This document shows, in pieces, positions 1-6,603 of a stretch of DNA of 12,081 nt. The DNA comes from Candidatus Iainarchaeum sp. (GTDB taxonomy: Archaea; Iainarchaeota; Iainarchaeia; Iainarchaeales; JAFCCW01), in contig JAFCCW010000024.1 in NCBI GenBank assembly GCA_017609985.1, positions 1 through 12,081 on the forward strand, given 5' to 3'. A model generated the notes under the pieces. The model did no database searches. It saw only the letters and a list, made by a program, of their open reading frames with translations, and was not told the DNA's origin. Each line of letters begins with the position of its first letter. Position 1 is the stretch's first letter. A program made the position numbers and the translations under genes.

Positions 1-339
1 TTGTCCGAAGTTTGCTGTTAGTTCGTTCCATTTGATTATTTTGGTGCAGTCTGTGTCTTTGTCGCAGCAGATGTTTTCGTTGTTGCAGTGGATTGTTACG
101 CTTCTTTGTGTTTCGTGTTCGAATGTTGTTGTGTTGATGTGTGGGTGTTCTACTCCGAATTCTATTTCTTTTGTTTCTGTCATTGTTCCAAGTGAGTTTT
201 CTGCTATTGACAGACTTTCGTGTATTTCATCAATTGGTTCTGGTTGTTGGTAGAATTGTGGTGCAATGTAAAGTATAAACATCAGTAATAAGGCTGCTGC
301 AGCAATCGCAATCACAAGCATCTTAATAGGTTGCTCCAT
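1..339 (-). CDS. Hypothetical membrane-anchored or secreted protein, N-terminal 113 codons only (runs off the left edge)
   Basis: Not in the ORF track because its stop lies outside the window. Hand translation from ATG at 339 is stop-free to base 1: MEQPIKMLVIAIAAAALLLMFILYIAPQFYQQPEPIDEIHESLSIAENSLGTMTETKEIEFGVEHPHINTTTFEHETQRSVTIHCNNENICCDKDTDCTKIIKWNELTANFGQ. It has an N-terminal hydrophobic helix, a C-x5-CC-x5-C cluster and strong third-position codon bias. Confidence 0.85.
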   Translation of the reverse strand, partial: MEQPIKMLVIAIAAAALLLMFILYIAPQFYQQPEPIDEIHESLSIAENSLGTMTETKEIEFGVEHPHINTTTFEHETQRSVTIHCNNENICCDKDTDCTKIIKWNELTANFGQ

Positions 340-368
340 CCAAAAACCAGTAATCTATTGTTTTATTT

Positions 369-376
369 ATTAAAAA
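369..376 (-). promoter_or_regulatory. Possible archaeal TATA box for the left-edge gene
   Basis: Minus strand reads TTTTTAAT about 30 nt upstream of ATG 339 in the 340-416 intergenic gap. The region is AT-rich, so specificity is low. Confidence 0.35.
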
Positions 377-416
377 GAGTTATGTTCTGGTTATTTCTTT
401 TGTTCAGTTATTTTTT

Positions 417-1151
417 CTATTTCTTTTGCGCAACAACAATTATTCCGATGCCAAAAGGCAGTGGTAGAAAGTCAAGCAACCATGACTCAAAATCCATTAG
501 CTTTACGAGCAGACTGTTCACAAGCTGGCTTGTTTCTTTCAGGTCTGATTCTTCCCTGCCTTCTTTCACCAGTTTCCCAGCAAGCCTTGCAACTGCAACA
601 GCGGGGAACAAGAGGCTTGTCCAGTATCCAGATCTAACTATCTTAAATCCTGCTTCTGAAACCATGTTCTCGATTTCTTTTTTTGTATGACGTCTTGCTC
701 CCTGAATTGCTCTATCGTGAGCAGAGTAAAGCGAGCTGAAAGCAGATTCGTTGACTAGAAAAAAGCCGTCTTTCTTTAGCACGCGATAGCATTCTCCTAT
801 TGCTTTCCTATCCTCAACATTTCTGTGATAAATTACATTAATTGCAGTAACCAAATCAAAGCTTTTGTCCTTGAACGGCAGACTGTCAATTGAAGCTTTT
901 TTCACAGCAAGCTTTCTTTTCCTGCAGAAGCCAAGCGCTGTATCAGAAAAATCTATGCCCTCTGCATTTCCCAATCCACCAAGTTCTTTCAACAGAATTC
1001 CTGTTCCGCAGCCTGCGTCAAGAATTCTTAAATCTTTTCTGCTTGCCAATCCAGCTTTTCCAAGAAACTTAAAAATCTTTTTTCTAAGGGAAACATTCCA
1101 CCAGTAGGTTTCTTCTGTTTGAAAAAGTTTAGCGTATTCTTTTTCTTCCAA
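417..1151 (-). CDS. Class I SAM-dependent methyltransferase (Methyltransf_11-like), glycan-cluster associated
   Basis: Motif I ILDAGCGTG, GIDFS, LPFKDKSFDLV and ECYRVLKKDG. Start re-called to TTG at 1151 (MEEKEYAKLFQTEETYWW), 4 nt after the aminotransferase stop and preceded by AGGAAGTGA. The ORF-track extension to 1355 overlaps the upstream gene and looks non-coding. Confidence 0.9.
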   Translation of the reverse strand: MEEKEYAKLFQTEETYWWNVSLRKKIFKFLGKAGLASRKDLRILDAGCGTGILLKELGGLGNAEGIDFSDTALGFCRKRKLAVKKASIDSLPFKDKSFDLVTAINVIYHRNVEDRKAIGECYRVLKKDGFFLVNESAFSSLYSAHDRAIQGARRHTKKEIENMVSEAGFKIVRSGYWTSLLFPAVAVARLAGKLVKEGREESDLKETSQLVNSLLVKLMDFESWLLDFLPLPFGIGIIVVAQKK

Positions 1152-1155
1152 GCTT

Positions 1156-2247
1156 TCACTTCCTGAAACGATTGATTGCCTGCACAACTTCACTGATTTC
1201 TTCTTCAGTGTGTTGCGGGCACAAAGGAATTGAGAGAACTTCTTTGACTGCTTTTTCTGTTTCAAGCAAGCTCTCACCACCATATTCTGAGAAAGCTTTC
1301 TGCTGATGAACAGCAATTGGATAATGAATAATTGAAGGAATTTTCTTTTCTTCAAGGAACTTTTTTAGGGCATCTCTCTCCCTGCATCTGACAACATACA
1401 TGTGGTAAACATGTTTTCCATATTTTCCAAAAGGCTTTGCTGCAATACATTTATTCTCAATTCCTGACTCATAAATTCCAGCAAGCTCTATTCTCTTTTC
1501 ATTCCATTTGTCAAGATGCTCTAGCTTTACTCTCAGCAAGGAAGCCTGCACTTCATCAAGCCTTGAATTCAATCCAGTTACTTCGTTCTCATATCTGTTC
1601 TTTTGACCCATATTTCTCATTTTTTCAAGCACTTCTGCCTTGTTCTTGTCACTGGTTACAATCATTCCTCCGTCACCAGCTGCTCCAAGATTTTTTGTGG
1701 GATAAAAAGAAAAACAACCATAGTCTCCAATTGAACCTGCTTTCTTTCCTTTAAACTCTGCTCCGTGGGCTTGACAGGCGTCCTCTATGACTGTGAGAGA
1801 ATGCTTTTCTGCAATCTCTTTAATCCCATTCATGTCCGCCATCTGACCATAAAGATGCACTGGAATTATTGCCTTTGTTTTCTCCCCGACAAGTTTTTTT
1901 ACTTCTTCACAGTTAATCAAAAAACTATCTTCTTCAATGTCTGCAAAAACTGGTTTAGCTCCTGCGAGAACAACTGCAAGAGCTGTCGGAGTTGCAGTGA
2001 ATGAAGGCAGGATAACCTCGTCTCCTTGTTCAATTTTCTCTGCCATCAGGCATAACTGAAGAGCCTCTGTTCCGTTTGCTGTCCCAATTCCGTAACCTGC
2101 TCCACAGTAATCTGAGAATTCTTCTTCAAATTTTTTTCCCTCTTCTCCAAGAACATAGTGTCCTGTTTCAAAAACTTTTGAAACACGTTTTTCTGCTTCT
2201 TTTTTTATTTCCGCCCATTGCCTTTCAAGATTAACAAAATCAACCAT
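1156..2247 (-). CDS. DegT/DnrJ/EryC1/StrS-family PLP-dependent NDP-sugar aminotransferase (FdtB/WbpE-like)
   Basis: NGTEAL, IIPVHLYGQMADM, IEDACQAHGA, SFYPTKNLGAAGDGG (PLP lysine), GLNSRLDEVQA, HVYHMYVVR and IHYPIAVHQQ. Start re-called to ATG 2247 (MVDFVNL), preceded by GGTGA. Confidence 0.95.
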   Translation of the reverse strand: MVDFVNLERQWAEIKKEAEKRVSKVFETGHYVLGEEGKKFEEEFSDYCGAGYGIGTANGTEALQLCLMAEKIEQGDEVILPSFTATPTALAVVLAGAKPVFADIEEDSFLINCEEVKKLVGEKTKAIIPVHLYGQMADMNGIKEIAEKHSLTVIEDACQAHGAEFKGKKAGSIGDYGCFSFYPTKNLGAAGDGGMIVTSDKNKAEVLEKMRNMGQKNRYENEVTGLNSRLDEVQASLLRVKLEHLDKWNEKRIELAGIYESGIENKCIAAKPFGKYGKHVYHMYVVRCRERDALKKFLEEKKIPSIIHYPIAVHQQKAFSEYGGESLLETEKAVKEVLSIPLCPQHTEEEISEVVQAINRFRK

Positions 2248-2251
2248 GTCC

Positions 2252-3139
2252 TCACCAGTAATGCTCTTTGTTTTTTTCAAAAAATTCAACAGTCTTTCTT
2301 AATCCTTCTTCCAAAGGTGTTTTCGGTTTCCAGCCAAGGCTCTCTCTGATAAGGGTGATGTCTGAACAATAGCTTCCGATGTCAATTCTCCTGCTTTCAT
2401 CAGGGAAAGGAACAAGTTCTACTTTTCCCTGCCCTGCTGCTTTGACTGCTTCTTCTGCAAACTCTTTGATTGTGACACCGTTTTCTGTTCCAAGATTGAA
2501 TGCGCTCCATTTCTTGATTTTTTCTGCTGCAAGCAAAAAAGCCTCAACCACGTCATCCACATAATTAAAGTCTCGCATCTGCTGACCGTCACCAAACACA
2601 TTTATTGTTTCTCCATCCATCGCAAGCCTTATGAACAATGCAAGAAAAATCGGGTGGTCGCGATTCATTATCTGCCTTGGTCCGAAAGTGTTTACCACGC
2701 GGAGAGAGCATGTTTTTAGCCCATAAACTTCGCTGTAAAGCCGGTGATATTCTTCTCCTAATAGTTTGTGAATTCCATAAAAGTCAGGAGGGTGCATTGG
2801 GTGACTTTCGCTGACCGGCAGGCTTTCTGCCCTTCCATACTGTCCCCGCGAGCCGGCATAAACAATCTTTCCGTCAAAGCCTGTTTTTCTGCACGCTTCA
2901 AGAAGTGCGATATGACCTTTTGCATTTATTTCCAAATCCTGCAATGGCTCTTTCATGGAATCCAGATGCATTGATTTGCCGGCAATATTGAAAATAAAAT
3001 CATTGAACCCTGTTTTGCTGATTTTTCCGTCAACAACAGCCACGCTTGCTCCGAGTCCGACGAGCCTGTGCACAATATTGCTTCCGATAAATCCTGCTCC
3101 ACCGGTCACAACGCATTTTTTTCCAGAAAACTCACTCAT
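2252..3139 (-). CDS. NAD-dependent NDP-sugar epimerase/dehydratase (extended SDR), apparently with an internal in-frame deletion
   Basis: VTGGAGFIGS, FNIAG, catalytic YGIHK (YxxxK), LRVVNTFGPRQ, FGDGQQMRDFNYVDD and LGWKPKTPLEEGL. Start re-called to ATG 3139 (MSEFSGKK), with AGGTGA 7 nt upstream. Confidence 0.92.
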   Translation of the reverse strand: MSEFSGKKCVVTGGAGFIGSNIVHRLVGLGASVAVVDGKISKTGFNDFIFNIAGKSMHLDSMKEPLQDLEINAKGHIALLEACRKTGFDGKIVYAGSRGQYGRAESLPVSESHPMHPPDFYGIHKLLGEEYHRLYSEVYGLKTCSLRVVNTFGPRQIMNRDHPIFLALFIRLAMDGETINVFGDGQQMRDFNYVDDVVEAFLLAAEKIKKWSAFNLGTENGVTIKEFAEEAVKAAGQGKVELVPFPDESRRIDIGSYCSDITLIRESLGWKPKTPLEEGLRKTVEFFEKNKEHYW

Positions 3140-3166
3140 CTGCCATTCACCTGCTTGCCTTTGCAT

Positions 3167-4804
3167 TCAAGCACAAAGTTCAAGCACAAAGCCTGTTTCA
3201 AACCCCTTGTCAGTAAATGTTTTAAGCAGTGAACAGTTTTTTATTACATCGTTCCAGAGAATCGGATTTCTTCTTTCAGGAAAATTCAGAAAGAGAACGG
3301 TTCCCCCATCGTCCAGATGTTCCCGCTCTGTGCTGTCGCTTAAGTCGTAGAAATTGTCCGAGCCAAGATAGAACGGGACATCAACATCAACCGCAAAGTA
3401 AGGAGGAGGCAAATTGTTTTCTTCAGCAAAATCAACCATGTCCATTATTGTCTTATTGTAGTCCGGCGATTTTGCATAGAAGAAATGCTCTTCAACCATG
3501 AAAAAGTTGAACGGAATGCTCACTCCAATAAGCACAAGCAGACCAATTCTTTTACGTTTCTCACTCTTTGAGAACATGAACACGGCAAAGCCTGCTGTTC
3601 CAACAAGGGCTGTGAAAGCAAGGGAATACAGGGACACTGCAAAAACAGGGCCTGAAGAACCAGTATACCACACATTCGGGTTTAGCAGGACAAGCCCTGC
3701 ATCAAAGAATTCCAAGCTGAACGGCTGAACCGTAAAACTGTACATGTTAAGAAAAACAATCAGTGCAGTGAAAACAGCGGTGATGACCGCAAGCTTTCTC
3801 CAGTTGCTTTTGATTAATTCCCTGCAATTCATAAGTGCCTTTGCTGAAAGAATTCCCATAGCCGGAATTAATATCATTGCATATCTCTCAAGCTGTCCGT
3901 GCGAATTAACAAGAATCAATAGGGCAAGCCCTGTTCCAAGCCAGGAGAAAAAAATCCACTCGTCTTTTCTCTCTCGTCTGAAGAAAGCCGCCAGGGGAAG
4001 AAAAAAAAGCAGGGGAGTTCCGTACTGCATTATCCTGTAAAGATACTTGAACAGTGCCTTGCCGACAGTCAGGAGCTTGTCGCCCCCTCCGCCTACTCCG
4101 GTGGCACCCCATTCAAGCGTGAACAAAAACTTGTCCCAGATTCCAAAAACAAAAGCATAAATTGGAAACAGAGCAATCAGTGCAAAACCTGTTAGTGTAA
4201 ATCCAGCAAAGCATTTCGCCTGCTTTTTGTTAATCCTCCCTGTTGCAATAAGAAAAACAAGAATTATCGGAAGCGCTATCAGAGCAGTGTATTTTGTCCA
4301 GAGCGCCAGCCCAAAAACAAGCCCTGCGCCAAAAAGATATTTTTTTCTTCCATTCAGAACGAACAAGTAATACAAATAAATCGATGCAGTCAGGAGCATT
4401 GTAAGCAGACTGCCATCAAGCTCTGCTGAGAGTGACGCGTGAATATGGTAAAAGCTTAAGCCTGTTATTGCAACCGCCAGAAAACCAACTTCCCGTCCGT
4501 AAACCTTTTTTGCAAAAAGGAAGACAAGCAAAAGAGTTATCATTCCGTAAAAAAGGGGAATCACCCTTATCGGAAAATCAACTCCAAACAATTCGAAAAA
4601 ATCCGAGAAAAATATGTAAATATATTCATTTACAAACCTGCCCGGCGGGTGACCATAGACTTCGGGATAAATTCCCTGTCTCAGACCATCAGCTCTTGTC
4701 GCATTCAATGGTTCGTCATCAAAAAGCAGGAGATTCAGCCCGAAAGAGGAAACAACAAGTATTATTGCAAAAAGCAAAAAAAGTTTTTTTTGAAAAATTA
4801 TCAT
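3167..4804 (-). CDS. GT-C fold integral membrane glycosyltransferase (ArnT / PMT_2, GT83/GT39-like)
   Basis: More than 10 hydrophobic segments. Acidic DDE right after TM1, followed by HPP, an R-V-I-P-L-F-Y-G helix, LALWTKYTA, ERYAMILIP and a small soluble C-terminal domain. Start is ATG 4804 or GTG 4810. Confidence 0.88.
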   Translation of the reverse strand: MIIFQKKLFLLFAIILVVSSFGLNLLLFDDEPLNATRADGLRQGIYPEVYGHPPGRFVNEYIYIFFSDFFELFGVDFPIRVIPLFYGMITLLLVFLFAKKVYGREVGFLAVAITGLSFYHIHASLSAELDGSLLTMLLTASIYLYYLFVLNGRKKYLFGAGLVFGLALWTKYTALIALPIILVFLIATGRINKKQAKCFAGFTLTGFALIALFPIYAFVFGIWDKFLFTLEWGATGVGGGGDKLLTVGKALFKYLYRIMQYGTPLLFFLPLAAFFRRERKDEWIFFSWLGTGLALLILVNSHGQLERYAMILIPAMGILSAKALMNCRELIKSNWRKLAVITAVFTALIVFLNMYSFTVQPFSLEFFDAGLVLLNPNVWYTGSSGPVFAVSLYSLAFTALVGTAGFAVFMFSKSEKRKRIGLLVLIGVSIPFNFFMVEEHFFYAKSPDYNKTIMDMVDFAEENNLPPPYFAVDVDVPFYLGSDNFYDLSDSTEREHLDDGGTVLFLNFPERRNPILWNDVIKNCSLLKTFTDKGFETGFVLELCA

Positions 4805-4810
4805 GCCCAC

Positions 4811-4933
4811 CTTTACCGGTTTTTAGTATTCCAATTTTCTATAAAAATGTTTAAAAACAGACTTATGTCTTACTTTAATGCTGTTACTGCTTCAGCTAGT
4901 TTACTTATTTGTATTTGGCGGTCTGGTGTTTGA
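4811..4933. promoter_or_regulatory. Divergent promoter region with TATA-like boxes
   Basis: 123-nt gap between divergent operons. TATAAAAA at 4840-4847 reads TTTTTATA on the minus strand, about 36 nt before ATG 4804. TTTAAAAA lies at 4850-4857 and an SD-like GGTG at 4925-4928. Confidence 0.55.
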
Positions 4934-5656
4934 ATGAATAAAATTAAGGAAATAAGCCTGATAATTCCCTGTTACAACGATGAAAAAGTTGTTCCAAAAA
5001 CTTTTTCTGCAGTAAAGAACGTTCTGAACAGCATGGGCAAAGAATATGAAATAATATTTGTTGATGATGGTTCAAAGGACAAAACTCTTGAAGTGCTGAA
5101 AAACTTTGAAAAAAAAGACAAAACAGTCCATGTTCTGGAACACAAGAAAAACAAAGGCAGGGGGCAGGCTGTTCAAACAGGGGTTGCAAAGGCTGGCGGG
5201 CGATACGCAGGCTTTATTGACTCTGACCTTGACATTAATCCGAAATATCTTTCAGGACTTTACAATCTTCTTTCATCTGGAAATGACATGGCAATCGGAA
5301 GGCGAGTGCATGTTTTGGAACTTCCCACTCTTCACCGCGTTTTATTAAGCAAGGGATATCATTCTCTGGTTCGCTTGATGCTTGGAATAAAGTTTGATAC
5401 TGAATGCGGCATCAAGATGTTTGACAGAAAAAAAATTCTGCCGGTTCTTAAACAGACAAAAAACAAGCGCTGGTTTTGGAGCACAGAAATTGTTACTCTT
5501 GCCCATTACTCTGGCCTTAAGATTGCAGAGCTTGATGTCCTAAGGGAAACAAATGAGGAAACAGAATCAAGCGTTGACTTGTTAAGTGACATAAAAGAAT
5601 ATGCCCGTGAACTCTTTCGTTTCAGAAAAGAGTTAAGGCAGAAAGGTGTTATCTGA
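4934..5656 (+). CDS. GT2 glycosyltransferase, dolichyl/polyprenyl-phosphate sugar synthase-like (Alg5/AglJ/DPM1-type)
   Basis: IIPCYND, FVDDGSKD, NKGRGQAV, FIDSD (DxD), DTECGIKMF (cf. Alg5-type DTQCGFK) and RWFWSTE. 240 aa, soluble with an amphipathic segment. GGTG 5 nt upstream. Confidence 0.9.
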   Translation: MNKIKEISLIIPCYNDEKVVPKTFSAVKNVLNSMGKEYEIIFVDDGSKDKTLEVLKNFEKKDKTVHVLEHKKNKGRGQAVQTGVAKAGGRYAGFIDSDLDINPKYLSGLYNLLSSGNDMAIGRRVHVLELPTLHRVLLSKGYHSLVRLMLGIKFDTECGIKMFDRKKILPVLKQTKNKRWFWSTEIVTLAHYSGLKIAELDVLRETNEETESSVDLLSDIKEYARELFRFRKELRQKGVI

Positions 5657-6603
5657 TGATTTCTTCAAAGAAAAAAAATTCCAAGAGTTCCGCTTCTTCT
5701 GCTTCTTCAACTATCTCTGCAATAATTCCTGTTTTCAACAACGAAGCCACAATCAAAGAATGCATTTTATCTCTTCAAAAACAATCCATTCCATTCAAGG
5801 AAATAATTGTTGTTGATGACGGAAGCAAGGACAACACAGTTTCTATCTCGAAAAAGCTCGGGGCAAAAGTTTTCCAAATCAAGCCAGTGGGCAGGAGCGG
5901 TGCAAGAAATTTTGGAGCAAAAAAAGCAAAGAGTGAAATAATTGCCTTCATTGAATCTGACTCAGTTTATTCAAGCAACTGGGTAGGAGAGGTTTATAAA
6001 AAATTCAGCAAGGGTGCAAGAGCAGTCATTGACAGACGCGCTGTTCTGAATCCTGAAACATTTATTGCAAAAATGAATGATGCAATATTCACTGCTCGTT
6101 ACAAAAATTATTCTCCAATGAATGCCTGGGCTTTCCAAAGAAAGCTTTTTCTTGACCTTAACGGCTTTGATGAATCACTTGATCACGGTGAAGATGTAGA
6201 GCTTGGAAACAGGTTGAAAAAGAGGGGAATCCAGATTGTTCTGGCAGACCAGGCTTTTCAGTTTCATGCAGGCGAACCAAAGTCTCTTGAAGAGGGAATG
6301 CAGAGAAGTTTTTCTTTTGGAAAAAATATGATTTCTTATTACAATAAATATCCTGAAAAATTTCCAAAAGCAAAGATTGCTTTTTTTTCATTTCTTCCCT
6401 TCTCTCTGCTTTTTTACCCATTGTTTGTTCTGATGATTGCTTTTGCTTATGCAAGAGTTTTTTTCAGGTTTTTGCCAAGCAATATCGACATTAAATATGT
6501 TGCTGTTTATCCTTTCTATGTGATTTTAACAGAATTCGTTTTCACGCTTGGCTTTTGGAAAGCTCGTGTCTTTGGAAAACAAAAACAGAGGGAATCAAAA
6601 TGA
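5656..6603 (+). CDS. GT2 glycosyltransferase with C-terminal membrane helices
   Basis: IIPVFNNE, VVDDGSKD, GRSGARNFG, FIESD at the DxD position, GFDESLDHGEDVEL and 2-3 hydrophobic C-terminal segments. TGATG coupling with the upstream gene, and AGGTG upstream. Confidence 0.92.
   Translation: MISSKKKNSKSSASSASSTISAIIPVFNNEATIKECILSLQKQSIPFKEIIVVDDGSKDNTVSISKKLGAKVFQIKPVGRSGARNFGAKKAKSEIIAFIESDSVYSSNWVGEVYKKFSKGARAVIDRRAVLNPETFIAKMNDAIFTARYKNYSPMNAWAFQRKLFLDLNGFDESLDHGEDVELGNRLKKRGIQIVLADQAFQFHAGEPKSLEEGMQRSFSFGKNMISYYNKYPEKFPKAKIAFFSFLPFSLLFYPLFVLMIAFAYARVFFRFLPSNIDIKYVAVYPFYVILTEFVFTLGFWKARVFGKQKQRESK
5692..5709 (+). repeat. 9-nt tandem duplication GCTTCTTC(T/A) x2 encoding ASS-ASS in a Ser/Lys-rich N-terminal extension
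   Basis: GCTTCTTCT GCTTCTTCA read directly from the sequence. Confidence 0.5.

Noticed and set aside
1-200. AAC/A-rich tract as a diversity-generating retroelement template repeat
   Set aside because: No second near-identical copy differing at adenines and no reverse transcriptase in the window. The bias covers all codon families, not just Asn.
32-253. Plus-strand 73-aa ORF rich in Val/Ser/Cys
   Set aside because: Antisense shadow of the real minus-strand gene. The G/T-rich, A-poor plus strand rarely forms stop codons.
1152-1355. Long N-terminal extension of the methyltransferase ORF overlapping the aminotransferase
   Set aside because: Alternative-frame read-through of the DegT 3' end. 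A TTG start with an SD-like motif at 1151 gives a family-typical N-terminus.
4775-4792. CAAAAAAA-GT-TTTTTTTG inverted repeat as a hairpin or terminator
   Set aside because: Almost all A-T pairs with a 2-nt loop, inside coding sequence, so it would not be a stable structure.
331-4933. Numerous plus-strand ORFs (331-690, 865-1107, 1437-1754, 2955-3350, 3744-4040, 4432-4854, 4649-4933 and others)
   Set aside because: All lie antisense to well-supported genes and have no recognisable motifs.
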